Part shown: positions 40,784 to 50,203 of the stretch, piece by piece
Layout of the letters: every line of letters begins with the position of its first letter
Numbering within the stretch: the stretch's first letter is position 1
Assembly (NCBI GenBank): GCA_015767405.1
Contig: JADWMG010000001.1
Location: 1-53,124 of the forward strand
Length of the DNA: 53,124 nucleotides
Source of the DNA: Actinomycetota bacterium
GTDB taxonomy: Bacteria; Actinomycetota; Acidimicrobiia; Acidimicrobiales; Ilumatobacteraceae
Reading direction: 5' to 3'
The notes under the pieces: model-generated
What the model saw: the letters and a program-made list of their open reading frames with translations, nothing else
Databases searched by the model: none
What the model was told of the DNA's origin: nothing
Made by a program: the position numbers and the translations under genes

Positions 40784-43084
40784 TCAACCGCGGTTTCGGC
40801 GCCCCCCGTCGCGCCTTCCGCCATCACGCCGTGGAAGTCGGTCGGTGTTATCGGTGTTCTCAGAGTCGGGGCGGGCTCGATTGTCGCGTTCTCCGTCGTC
40901 GTCGTCATTGTCGTCTGACTCGAGGTCGGCTTCGGACTGCTCGCCCGCGTTCTCGTTGCTTGAGTCTTCGGAATCCGATTCGCCGTTGGCATCGAGCACG
41001 AACACGCTCTCGGGGAGGTCGGCGCGGTCGATGTTGGTGTTGTCGGCGATGATTTCGGCGAGGCTGCGCCGGTAGTCGATCCCATACTCTGCGTTGATCG
41101 CGTCGAGTAATGGGTCATTGCCGTAGAAGAACCTGTCGCCATCGCGGAGCGCCTCGAACTGGCTTGCCCACATTGCGAGCTGAAGTTCACCGAACTCACT
41201 GCCCTCAACATGTGGTTCTGACACCATCGCTGTGAACGCGTCGACTTCGTCCACGTCACTGAAGATGGCCTTTAGGCGGGCAGCGGTTGTCGTGCGGCGA
41301 GTGGCGGTAACTGCCGATGTTGTGGCTTCGTCAGTACCGAAGGTCAACTCGTTGCCGTCAGCGTCTGCGAGGGAGACGAAGTCCAGGATGTCGGGGTCGT
41401 CGATCGGGTTGGCCGAGTCGACTATCGGATCGTCAGGGAACTCTTCAGTCGACTCCCCAGTGAGTTCGCTGAAGGAGGAAATGCGATCGAGCCCGTAGCT
41501 CTCCCGAAGATCGTTGTAGGTCGGCATGCCGTGGTCGGCGCCGCGGATTACGTCGAGAGCACCGAGATCGTTGACGACCGAAAAGCAGCCGGGCAATGCT
41601 TCGCCGTCGAGGCAATCGGCAGGATTCTCGACTTCCGGACCGGGGATCTGGAACAGCACACTGCGCAGTTGGTTGTCGATGTGCTCGTCGTTGGCGTATG
41701 CAGCCTCTGAGGCGAGCCCGGCGAGCATGTTGCCCAGCCCGATTTCTGTGAGCAGACCTGGGTTGCCGAACGCCACGCTGAGGGGAACGGCAATTTCGAC
41801 TGCATCGTCGTCGACACTGACCTCCAGACCTTGCGCTTCGAGACGGTCGATTTCGTCGTCAGTGATTTCCGATCGAGGGATCGCCGCTTCCAATTCTCCG
41901 TGAATCTGCGAGTGGGCCCGATACCCGACGGTCGCAAACTCATTGCTGATCGATGGGTCGACGTCGGCGTCGTAACCGTCGTAGGCATCCAGAGATACAC
42001 CCATCGCTGGAAGGAATTCGTTGTAGGTGATGTATTGCTGCATCGCCGAGAGGACTCTCCTGGCGATTGCGAACTTTTCCTCTTCGTCGAGCGTGTCGGG
42101 AAGGGAGTCCACGATGCGGTTGTGCTCGCGGAGGAAGAGCGTGTGCGCCGCTGTGAGACCGATGTTCTCGTTGGCCCGAACGTCACCCGCGATGACGGCG
42201 GCGGTGGGGTCAGCGAAGAGGCGACCCATCAACTCCGCGGTCGGTGTCTCGCTGTCAGGGCGGTCAGCAGCGGTCGGGAGGTATCCGTCGGCATTGAGAA
42301 GCGTGGCATCGTTGTTCGTCGGGTCACCGTCGAGGCTTCCTTCGCGGAGCCAGTCGAGTCGCTCATCTGATCCCCCGTAGACGGCCCAGGCGTCGATGAA
42401 CGAACTGACGGTATTGACTTGCTCACGAGTTGAGTCGACGCCGGTCCCGGCAGCGGCAGTCGATCGGGTTGTCATCATGGCGCCGAGATCGTTGGTGAAC
42501 GTTTCGAGCGGGTCGTCAGGGTCGTAAGCCATGACGAGCTCTTCGTCGTCGCTGCCACTCGTGTCACGTAGTCCGAATGTGTGGTCGAGGAACTGGCCCC
42601 ATACGAATCCCCAATGCGTCACGTCGTTCTCGGAGAACACGTTCTGATTGGAGTCGTTGAAGATCCGGTTGCTCAGATATCGCTCGTCTGGGCCGTCGAC
42701 CAGCGTTCCGATGTTGTCGGCGTAGTTGGCTTCTGCGGTGCGCGGGTAGATCGTCCCAACGCTTCCAAGTGTTGGGTCATCGAGGTTGTTTCCCGATCCG
42801 TCGAGACTGCGGGAAGTAGCGAGAACTTGTGCCACGAGTCCTCCCGCCTCGCTGTCGTCGACTTGGGCCACGACTCCTGGTTCCGCGGCCGATTCAGCAT
42901 CGGATGCGGGCGCGGTATCGCCGGCGTTAGCGACGGCAACGATGCCGAGCCCTCCGAGGATCACCGGGGCGGCGAGTGCCAGAACGAGTCGTCGGCTTGG
43001 CCAGGATCGGAGCCCGGATGGCGGATTGGTGTTTTGGCGGGAGCCCGAAGGGGGTGGGAATGGTGTGGGATTGGTTGCAGGCAT
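40784..43084 (-). CDS. secreted haem peroxidase of the animal-haem (peroxidase-cyclooxygenase) superfamily
   Basis: 766 aa. A signal anchor is present (RLVLALAAPVILGGLGIVAVANA). Motifs WGFVWGQFLDHTF and RANENIGLTAAHTLFLREHNRIV match the distal and proximal His regions of the An_peroxidase family. Confidence 0.8.
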   Translation of the reverse strand: MPATNPTPFPPPSGSRQNTNPPSGLRSWPSRRLVLALAAPVILGGLGIVAVANAGDTAPASDAESAAEPGVVAQVDDSEAGGLVAQVLATSRSLDGSGNNLDDPTLGSVGTIYPRTAEANYADNIGTLVDGPDERYLSNRIFNDSNQNVFSENDVTHWGFVWGQFLDHTFGLRDTSGSDDEELVMAYDPDDPLETFTNDLGAMMTTRSTAAAGTGVDSTREQVNTVSSFIDAWAVYGGSDERLDWLREGSLDGDPTNNDATLLNADGYLPTAADRPDSETPTAELMGRLFADPTAAVIAGDVRANENIGLTAAHTLFLREHNRIVDSLPDTLDEEEKFAIARRVLSAMQQYITYNEFLPAMGVSLDAYDGYDADVDPSISNEFATVGYRAHSQIHGELEAAIPRSEITDDEIDRLEAQGLEVSVDDDAVEIAVPLSVAFGNPGLLTEIGLGNMLAGLASEAAYANDEHIDNQLRSVLFQIPGPEVENPADCLDGEALPGCFSVVNDLGALDVIRGADHGMPTYNDLRESYGLDRISSFSELTGESTEEFPDDPIVDSANPIDDPDILDFVSLADADGNELTFGTDEATTSAVTATRRTTTAARLKAIFSDVDEVDAFTAMVSEPHVEGSEFGELQLAMWASQFEALRDGDRFFYGNDPLLDAINAEYGIDYRRSLAEIIADNTNIDRADLPESVFVLDANGESDSEDSSNENAGEQSEADLESDDNDDDDGERDNRARPDSENTDNTDRLPRRDGGRRDGGRRNRG

Positions 43085-43248
43085 GAAGCCACGATCCCGG
43101 CGACCGGTAAGCGCTCTTCTCCCCGAACGTCAAAGATTTGCCAAAGATGCCACCGCCAGCCCCACCCGAACGTTCCATCCCGTTTGTATGCAATTCTCTG
43201 GTCAATAGCGCCCAGAAACTACATACAAACGCAGTGAGAGGTTGCGGT

Positions 43249-43286
43249 GAGAACGATAGTTCTCTATGGTGAGAATAGCTGTTCTC
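43249..43286. promoter_or_regulatory. two tandem 16-bp palindromes (candidate TetR operators) upstream of the DUF1348-tetR-MOSC operon
   Basis: GAGAACGATAGTTCTC lies at 43249-43264 and GAGAATAGCTGTTCTC at 43271-43286. Each is preceded by GGT, and the spacing is 22 nt centre to centre. They lie just before the AAGGAG ribosome-binding site and ATG 43303. Confidence 0.45.
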
Positions 43287-43302
43287 ATAAGGAGTATTCT
43301 CG

Positions 43303-43767
43303 ATGTCGTCAACCGAACCACGTCCACCGTTGCCGCCCTTCGACGAGCAGTCGGCTCGACAGAAGGTCCAGATGGCGGAGACCGCATGGAACTCACGTGA
43401 CCCCGAGCGTGTGGCAGGGGCGTATTCCGAAGACTCGCAATGGCGTAATCGCGACCAGTTCGTGAACGGGCGAGAGGAGATCGTTGCCTTCTTGCAAGGG
43501 AAGTGGGACCGTGAACTCGACTACGCGTTGAGAAAAGACCTGTGGGCTTTCAGCGGCAATCGGATCGCCGTGCGGTTCCAGTATGAGTTCCACGATGCTG
43601 CGGGGCAGTGGTTCCGCGCCTATGGAAACGAGAACTGGGAGTTCGACGATCTCGGATACATGAGCCGCCGCGAGGCGAGTATCAACGACGTCGCGATAGA
43701 TCCGTCTGAGCGACGTCTCTTCGGCCCACGCGACGAAGGTGACACGACCAGCTTCGCGCTGCGATGA
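43303..43767 (+). CDS. DUF1348 family protein (NTF2/SnoaL-like fold)
   Basis: The sequence [76 protein letters not shown] is typical of this family. Confidence 0.75.
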   Translation: MSSTEPRPPLPPFDEQSARQKVQMAETAWNSRDPERVAGAYSEDSQWRNRDQFVNGREEIVAFLQGKWDRELDYALRKDLWAFSGNRIAVRFQYEFHDAAGQWFRAYGNENWEFDDLGYMSRREASINDVAIDPSERRLFGPRDEGDTTSFALR

Positions 43768-44345
43768 GCCCCGCCTCCACTCTGAGCAGGGAGTCAGCGC
43801 AAGAGTCGATCTTGCGGTCGGCTGACCAACTGTTCTACGAACGTGGCATCGCCGGAGTTGGCATGGCCGACGTTCGCGACTCTGCCGGCGTGTCGTTGCG
43901 TCGGCTGTACTCCTTGCATCCCTCGAAGAGCGACCTCGTTGCCGCCTGGTTGGAAGATCGGCACCAGACCTGGATGAGGTGGTTTGCCGATTCTGTCGAC
44001 CGTCAGGTCGTGGACGGCGTCGAACCAGTCAGAGCGATTCTTGGTGCCATCGAAGAGTGGGCGACATCCCCCGGGTATCGCGGGTGCGCATTCCTCAATG
44101 CAATCGCGGAGACAACGGAGATCGACGACAGGCATCGCGCGATAGTCGCTGACCACAAGCGAGCGCTCATCCAGCACGTCTCAGTTGTCGTTCATGGCGC
44201 ATACCCGAGTGCTCCCGAATGGTTCGCTAGCGCTCTCGGAGTACTCATTGACGGTGCTGTCGTCGATTCCGCAGTCTTCGGCTCGCTAGCCCCGATTGCC
44301 GACGCCAGCTCAGCTGCGTCCACGCTTGTGGATTCGTTCACGTGA
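43764..44345 (+). CDS. TetR/AcrR family transcriptional regulator
   Basis: An N-terminal HTH is present ([46 protein letters not shown]). A 4-nt overlap with the upstream gene is present. Confidence 0.85.
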   Translation: MSPASTLSRESAQESILRSADQLFYERGIAGVGMADVRDSAGVSLRRLYSLHPSKSDLVAAWLEDRHQTWMRWFADSVDRQVVDGVEPVRAILGAIEEWATSPGYRGCAFLNAIAETTEIDDRHRAIVADHKRALIQHVSVVVHGAYPSAPEWFASALGVLIDGAVVDSAVFGSLAPIADASSAASTLVDSFT

Positions 44346-44986
44346 GTCTCACCGTTGCTGCGCTGTGGCGTTACCCGGTCAAAACACTCGCCGGCGAATC
44401 GATCAGTTCGGCCGGGCTCACGTCGCGCGGGATTCCTGGTGATCGGATCATTCAGGTCCGCGGGCCGGAGGGGATCCGAACGTCACGCCGACATCACCGG
44501 CTTCTAGGACTTCACGCCACGCTCGATCCCGATGGCCGCCCGCTCGTAAATGGGCTGCATTGGAACTCTCCTGAAGTGCTTGAACAGGTCCGCAATGCTG
44601 CGGGTCACGATGCGTGGCTGGAAGCTGGTAGCGAAGGAGATCGATTCGACATTCTTCCGCTGTTGGTTGCCACCGATGGTGCGGTTGATGCCTTCGGGCG
44701 CGATGTGCGTCGCTTACGGCCGAACATCCTGATCGACGGTGTCAAGGGCCTCGATGAGGTCAACTGGCCTGGAGCTGAACTTCACATTGGCGATGCGGTT
44801 GTTCGGCTCGACTCCCTTCGAGGTCGTTGCCCGATGACCACCGTTGATCCCGACACTCTTGAACGCGATCGCGAAGTTCTGCGCGACATCTACGAGCGGT
44901 TCAATGGTCGTCTTGCTCTCAACGCTGATGTCGGAGTGCCGGGACCAATCAGGGTCGGTGATGCCGTTCGCCTGGTCCGGCACTGA
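44342..44986 (+). CDS. MOSC domain-containing protein
   Basis: Motifs LWRYPVKTLAGE, RPNILIDG and RGRCPMTTVDPDT are present. Confidence 0.8.
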   Translation: MSLTVAALWRYPVKTLAGESISSAGLTSRGIPGDRIIQVRGPEGIRTSRRHHRLLGLHATLDPDGRPLVNGLHWNSPEVLEQVRNAAGHDAWLEAGSEGDRFDILPLLVATDGAVDAFGRDVRRLRPNILIDGVKGLDEVNWPGAELHIGDAVVRLDSLRGRCPMTTVDPDTLERDREVLRDIYERFNGRLALNADVGVPGPIRVGDAVRLVRH

Positions 44987-45005
44987 CCCGGCTGCAGAGC
45001 TGTGC

Positions 45006-46697
45006 TCAGCTTCGCAGAAGGCGACCGGCCAGGTTCCCGGTCGGTTCGCCGTTCTCCATGAAGTGGGTGCCGTTCACGAAGGTGTGGTCGATGCCGTCGG
45101 CCCGTTGCACGAATCGTGGCGCGTTGCCGGGGAAATCGTGGACGATCTCGGGTAGGGGAAGTGAGAGTCCGTCGAGGTCGATCACGTTGACGTCCGCGAA
45201 CGATCCTTCCGTCAAGGTGCCACGGTCGGCGTAGCCAATGAACTGAGCGGTATCGCTCGATACAGCGCGCACGCCATCTTCCAGGCTGATGACTTGTTCG
45301 TCACGGGCCCAGTGGGCAAGGAAGTAGGTGGGCTGTGATGCGTCCATGATCTGGGTGGCGTGGGCTCCGGCATCGGCCAGCCCCATGATCGTGACTGGCG
45401 ACAGCACTTGTTCCTTGATCGCCTCGTGGTCTTGGTTCATTACAGGCCAGTTGACGATCGACTTGCCGTCCGACTCCACCATCGCGTTGATGTATGCCTC
45501 GACCGGCGACACACCGGTTGCTTGCGCGATCCCGGCAATGGAATCATCCTGCGTGTAGTCGTAGCTGGCTGGCTTTCCGGCCGGCATGAGGTACATCTTC
45601 GTGAACGGCTCGACTGCATCGTTGGCACCCTCTTCGATGAGTTTGGCGCGCACGTCCGCATCGCGGAGTCCCGCCACCCGCCCTGTCAGATCCATTTCCT
45701 TGAGAGGTTGGTACGAGGGCAGGTGATCGATCAACGAGTTGGCAGCCAGAGAGAAGAGCACTCCGACCCCGCGTGGCGTGATTTGTGGACGGAGCTGCGC
45801 ACCGGTTTCGTTCGCCTCGGCTGACAGGCGGATGACATCGCGGTAGTGAGTGCCGAGTGAATCGATCTGCTGGAGGTTGAAGGAAAACGGTCGGCCGGTT
45901 CGGCGGCTGATTTCAGCCATCCAGGCCAGTTCCTCCTCCACCCGTGATTCGGCGGAGTCCAAGAAGTTGTAGCGAGGTGCCGATTCGATGACTCCCTTCC
46001 CGAGGCGGCCGAGTGGTTCGGCGATCGCGTAGAACTCTTCCGGCTTCGACCACGTACCAGGCACGTTGCGGCCATCGGGCACCCTGTGGAACAAGCTGCG
46101 CGAGATGGAGTAGCCGAGCGCGCCGGCATTCATTGCATCTTCGACCAGCGCCGCCATCTCAGCGAGTTGATCCGGAGTGGCCTCGAAGTCTTCTTCGCAT
46201 GCGGCTTCACCGGCGACGTAGAGCCGAACCGCAACATCGCCGACGTAGCCACCGGCGTTGAGACCGAGTGGCATCTTCTCAATCGCATCGAGGTAGCCGC
46301 CGTAGCCCTCCCAGTCCCAGGGCAGGCCTTCGATGATGGCCGACGCAGGGATGTCTTCAACGGTTTCCATCGCACCGGCCAGCACATCCGCCTGACCGGG
46401 CCGGACTGGAGCGAACGTCATGCCGCAGTTGCCCATTACCACCGACGTGACGCCGTGGTAGCACGAGGACGACATGGTCGGATCCCACCCGACCTGGGCA
46501 TCGAGATGTGAGTGCAGGTCGACAAAGCCGGGCGTGACGATTCTCCCCTCGGCGTCAATGACCTGGTTGGCGCCCGAAGCGTCGACCTCGCCGACCGCGC
46601 TGATGCGATCACCGTCGATCGCGACATCGGCCCGTATCGCCGGCGCGCCCGTACCGTCGACGACGGTCCCGTTCTTGATCACGACGTCATGTGCCAT
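45006..46697 (-). CDS. amidohydrolase, N-acyl-D-amino-acid deacylase (D-aminoacylase) family
   Basis: The N-terminus reads VVIKNGTVVDGTGAPAIRADVAIDGDRISAVG...IDAEGRIVTPGFVDLHSHLD. Length is 563 aa. Confidence 0.8.
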   Translation of the reverse strand: MAHDVVIKNGTVVDGTGAPAIRADVAIDGDRISAVGEVDASGANQVIDAEGRIVTPGFVDLHSHLDAQVGWDPTMSSSCYHGVTSVVMGNCGMTFAPVRPGQADVLAGAMETVEDIPASAIIEGLPWDWEGYGGYLDAIEKMPLGLNAGGYVGDVAVRLYVAGEAACEEDFEATPDQLAEMAALVEDAMNAGALGYSISRSLFHRVPDGRNVPGTWSKPEEFYAIAEPLGRLGKGVIESAPRYNFLDSAESRVEEELAWMAEISRRTGRPFSFNLQQIDSLGTHYRDVIRLSAEANETGAQLRPQITPRGVGVLFSLAANSLIDHLPSYQPLKEMDLTGRVAGLRDADVRAKLIEEGANDAVEPFTKMYLMPAGKPASYDYTQDDSIAGIAQATGVSPVEAYINAMVESDGKSIVNWPVMNQDHEAIKEQVLSPVTIMGLADAGAHATQIMDASQPTYFLAHWARDEQVISLEDGVRAVSSDTAQFIGYADRGTLTEGSFADVNVIDLDGLSLPLPEIVHDFPGNAPRFVQRADGIDHTFVNGTHFMENGEPTGNLAGRLLRS

Positions 46698-46746
46698 TGC
46701 AGTCCTCCAAGGTTGTGTACTGCCAATTTGCTATCAGGTTCCCCCC

Positions 46747-46783
46747 AATGACACGAATGGGGTCAGACCCCATTCGTGTCATT
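46747..46783. repeat. perfect 16-bp inverted repeat with a 5-nt spacer in a divergent promoter region
   Basis: AATGACACGAATGGGG-TCAGA-CCCCATTCGTGTCATT. It lies 50 nt from the amidohydrolase start and 36 nt from the GT2 start. Confidence 0.9.
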
Positions 46784-46818
46784 CGGGTTGCCGGTCGTCG
46801 GGCTAGCATCCGGCTGGC

Positions 46819-47541
46819 ATGTCGAGCTCTGCCCGCCCCTGCCTTGCGGTCGTTGTTCCCTGTTTCAACGAGGCCTCGACGGTGTTGACGTTGATCGAGC
46901 GCGTGCTGGCTTCACCCTGGGTCGCTGAAGTGATCGTCGTCGATGACGGCTCGGTCGATGGCACCGGCCAGAAACTCGCCGAGATCGCCGATGGCCGGGT
47001 GCGTGTGATCCAACACGAGGTCAATCGGGGCAAAGGGGCGGCTCTCCGTACTGGGTTCGTATCAGCAACAGCTGACTATGTCGTGGTGCAGGACGCTGAC
47101 CTCGAATACGACCCCGCCGAGTACGGCCAACTGCTCGGCCCGTTGGAAGCGAATCTTGCGGACGTCGTGTACGGCTCGCGGTTTGTCTCCAGTCGCCCTC
47201 ATCGCGTGTTGTACTTCTGGCACAGTCTCGGTAATCGTTTCCTGACACTTCTGTCGAACATGTTTACCGACCTCAATCTCACCGACATGGAAACGTGCTA
47301 CAAGGCATTCCGACGTGAGGTGATCCAGTCGATTGAGATAGAGGAGGACCGCTTCGGGTTCGAGCCCGAGATCACGGCGAAGGTTGCGAATAAGAATCTG
47401 CGCGTTTTTGAAGTTGGGATTTCCTACTCGGGTAGGACCTACGACGAGGGCAAGAAGATCGGCTGGCGTGACGGTGTTCGGGCGGTGTGGTGCATCCTCA
47501 AGTACTCGCGGATAGGGGTGCGACTTCGTCGTCGGCCGTGA
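46819..47541 (+). CDS. family 2 glycosyltransferase (polyprenyl-phosphate sugar synthase-like)
   Basis: Motifs [33 protein letters not shown] and [14 protein letters not shown] are present. Confidence 0.85.
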   Translation: MSSSARPCLAVVVPCFNEASTVLTLIERVLASPWVAEVIVVDDGSVDGTGQKLAEIADGRVRVIQHEVNRGKGAALRTGFVSATADYVVVQDADLEYDPAEYGQLLGPLEANLADVVYGSRFVSSRPHRVLYFWHSLGNRFLTLLSNMFTDLNLTDMETCYKAFRREVIQSIEIEEDRFGFEPEITAKVANKNLRVFEVGISYSGRTYDEGKKIGWRDGVRAVWCILKYSRIGVRLRRRP

Positions 47542-48878
47542 GTGACCGACAGCCAGCAACCCGGTCTGCAGACGCTCGGCAAGATGTCGGCCAGCCTGAC
47601 CTCGGCCGACGAACGTTCCGGATCGCGTTCGCTGCCACGATTGCTGCGGCCGGTGTCCTTCGGGTGGCCTACGTACTCGGTGCCAAGCGCGGTGAGGATG
47701 TCGTCGGGGATCAGCTGCACTACTTCGCCCAAGCCGCCACGATCGCGGACGGACGGTGGTTCGAGAATCCGTGGGTTCCTGGAACACCGTCCGCCCTCCA
47801 CGCGCCGTTCACCGCCCTCGCGCTGGCGCCGGTGTCCTGGGTCAATGACAATCTGATATTCACGCAGCGGCTGACGATGGCCGTCTACGGAACAGTCGTT
47901 GTCGCCGGGGTCGGACTCCTCGCACGGGTGCTGTTCACGCGATGGGTGGCTCTGGTGGCCGCCGTGATTGCAGCGGTTTACGCCAACTTGTGGATGAACG
48001 ACGGACTCATCATGTCCGAAACGTTTGCCGCTGGCGGCGTGGTTGCCGTTCTGCTTGCCGTGTACGCCTATGAGAGCCGCGTCGACCGGATCTCCGCAGT
48101 CGCGATTGGGCTGGCAATCGGACTGGCCGGACTGGCGCGAGCAGAGCTACTCCTGTTGGGACTGGTTGTCGTCGTTCCGCTCACGCTGCTCCAGAAGGAC
48201 CGGAGTTGGGGTTCACGACTTGGGCACCTGGCGATTGCCGGGGGAGCAGCCCTCATGGTCGTGAGCCCGTGGGTCATCAGGAACCAAGTGCGATTCGATG
48301 AGCCGACGATCATGTCGACACAGGACGGGCTTACGCTTCTCGGATCCAACTGTCCCGAGACATATTCGGGTAGTGGCCTGGGGTTCTGGGCCATCGCCTG
48401 CGCAGAGCGAGCAGACGTGAAGGTGCCCGAGGGGGCCGATGAGTCGGTGCGTTCATCGGTCTACCGCGGTGAGGCCGTCGAGTTCATCCGTGGCAACATT
48501 GATCGTGTTCCGCTGGTAGTGGTCGCGCGCCTGGGGCGGGGCCTCAGCCTTTGGGAGACCGAGCAGATGATCTCTTTCAACCAGCTCGAGGGTCGCGAGC
48601 GATGGGCCAGCCGGATCGGTCTGTGGCAGTACTGGATTCTCGTTCCCCTCGCTGGCTACGGACTCTGGGTGTGGCCGAGCCAGCGACCTCGATGGCCCCT
48701 TGTTGTAACCGCGTCAATTTCCATCTTGATGATGGCCGCGTTCTACGGCATCCCACGCTTTCGCATCCCCGCAGAGATCGGGATTGTCATCTGCGCGAGC
48801 GTTGGATTGGTCACTCTGGTGCAGCGGCTCCTGGATCGAGCTACTCCAGAATGCAGCGAGACGGAGACGCCAACTTGA
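47538..48878 (+). CDS. polytopic membrane glycosyltransferase (GT-C fold, ArnT/PMT-like)
   Basis: The start GTG 47538 overlaps the upstream stop codon (GTGA). The protein has roughly 10 or more transmembrane helices and the size and layout of the GT39/GT83 families. It is paired with a GT2 polyprenyl-phosphate sugar synthase. Confidence 0.6.
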   Translation: MSDRQPATRSADARQDVGQPDLGRRTFRIAFAATIAAAGVLRVAYVLGAKRGEDVVGDQLHYFAQAATIADGRWFENPWVPGTPSALHAPFTALALAPVSWVNDNLIFTQRLTMAVYGTVVVAGVGLLARVLFTRWVALVAAVIAAVYANLWMNDGLIMSETFAAGGVVAVLLAVYAYESRVDRISAVAIGLAIGLAGLARAELLLLGLVVVVPLTLLQKDRSWGSRLGHLAIAGGAALMVVSPWVIRNQVRFDEPTIMSTQDGLTLLGSNCPETYSGSGLGFWAIACAERADVKVPEGADESVRSSVYRGEAVEFIRGNIDRVPLVVVARLGRGLSLWETEQMISFNQLEGRERWASRIGLWQYWILVPLAGYGLWVWPSQRPRWPLVVTASISILMMAAFYGIPRFRIPAEIGIVICASVGLVTLVQRLLDRATPECSETETPT

Positions 48879-48922
48879 TTTGGCAATTGTCGGGAGGACG
48901 AAGGCCCGGCCAATCTACGCGG

Positions 48923-49951
48923 TCATGGCGTGTCGATCAGTTCCAAGGTCGAAGGGTGGAACAACTCGTCAACCGAAAGAGTTCGATCAACTAGTCCCTG
49001 CTCTTGCGTGTACTGCAGGAGGGTGGAAAGCGTGTTCCGGTTGGTCTCCACGCCATATGGCCAATAGTTCTCACCCATGAGCTCGCGGGTGGCTTCGAGC
49101 TCCTGCGCGACCCACGGCAGCGAGATCATGGCCCAACCCATCGCTCTCAGTCTTTTGAACGCATGCTGCTTGGCGGTCGCATAGGAACGGAATACTGCCG
49201 CCGGAAGCCACGGGTTTGCCTCGGCGACATCACTACGAATCGCCACCGCATGCATGATCGGGAAAATCCGGGTCTTGGCAAAGTAAGCACGCTCTGCAGC
49301 CTGGCTGTTGGTGAATAGCCGAGCTACCAGTGGATGTCCCTCTACGAAGGCCTCGGGCTCGGCTGCGTGGAACAGAGCATCCACCTCGTCATCAATCAGA
49401 AGGTCCGACTCGCTCTTGCCAGCTGTGCCGTAGGCGATTTCCAGATCGTCGGGGAGCATCTGCTCCTGTTCGGATCGATTTCCCACGAGGCCGGCGGATG
49501 AGTCCTCGTCGGAGAGTACCCAGCGGATCTCGTCGGGTTTGATCCCGTATTCGTGCTCGAGCATTCCTCTGATCCACGTGAGGGACGTAGTCGAGTATCC
49601 GGACGTCCCGACCCTCTTGCCACGCAGGTCTTCCGGCCGCTCGATGCCCTTGTCAGTTCGAACGAACATGCTCTTGTGACGGAAGAGTCGCAGCGGGAAC
49701 ACCGGTATCAGCGTGTAGGCGCGGAAATCGTCGTCCGCGTAGGCAAGGATGTACGGCAACAGGCCGATCTCGGTTACCTCTCTCGTTCGTGGACCAGCAA
49801 ACACGTGGCTGTTCATTTCGCCAATCGATGCCTTCTCGAATCGCACCTCACAACCCTCAACGGGCACCCTGCCATCGAGATCCTCGACGCGGTCGAACGG
49901 GTACCCGGCGATCGTGATCGCGAGCGGGCGGTCTTTACTGATTGATGCCAT
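48923..49951 (-). CDS. 4,5-dihydroxyphthalate decarboxylase-like protein (periplasmic-binding-protein fold, PhtD family)
   Basis: From ATG 49951 the sequence reads MASISKDRPLAITIAGYPFDRVEDLDGRVPVEGCEV...IPVFPLRLFRHKSMFVRTDKGIERPEDLRGKRVGTSGY. The upstream extension to 50044 looks non-coding. Confidence 0.55.
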   Translation of the reverse strand: MASISKDRPLAITIAGYPFDRVEDLDGRVPVEGCEVRFEKASIGEMNSHVFAGPRTREVTEIGLLPYILAYADDDFRAYTLIPVFPLRLFRHKSMFVRTDKGIERPEDLRGKRVGTSGYSTTSLTWIRGMLEHEYGIKPDEIRWVLSDEDSSAGLVGNRSEQEQMLPDDLEIAYGTAGKSESDLLIDDEVDALFHAAEPEAFVEGHPLVARLFTNSQAAERAYFAKTRIFPIMHAVAIRSDVAEANPWLPAAVFRSYATAKQHAFKRLRAMGWAMISLPWVAQELEATRELMGENYWPYGVETNRNTLSTLLQYTQEQGLVDRTLSVDELFHPSTLELIDTP

Positions 49952-50044
49952 GAGCACTCCTCTGAATCGCCTGTGCCTCGACCGGTCAACGTAACACTTG
50001 GTCGAAACGTAGCTCAGCAGACTGACCGACAGCATCCGGTCCAA

Positions 50045-50200
50045 CGGTCCGGCTGTCGACCCGGCCGAACGTGTGGCCGACCCAGCTACTTGCGTGTCGG
50101 CGCCGAAACACTCTCCGCTGCCTTCGGGCCCCTAGTTAGGAACTCTGATTCGGCGCCTGCCGCGATCAGGAGATCTGGAACCCTCCCTGCGATGGCCGGT
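50045..50200 (-). pseudogene. eroded relic of a PIN-domain toxin C-terminal region
   Basis: The minus-strand translation contains ...GRVPDLLIAAGAESE... and later ...GRQPDRW..., interrupted by stops and indels. It is homologous to the PIN gene at 52640-52942 (VPDLLIAAVAESE ... TGQPTEW). Nucleotides 50142-50182 match 52738-52778 at 37 of 41 positions. Confidence 0.4.
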
Positions 50201-50203
50201 TGT

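Noticed and set aside
38861-41259. Long ORFs 38861-39886 (+, 341 aa) and 39946-41259 (-, 437 aa).
   Set aside because: They are antisense to sigH/marR and to the alpha/beta hydrolase and peroxidase 3' end respectively. No motifs were found and the composition is biased. They are treated as shadow ORFs, as are 17123-17806, 18037-18828, 23645-24484, 30717-31523 and 31012-31698.
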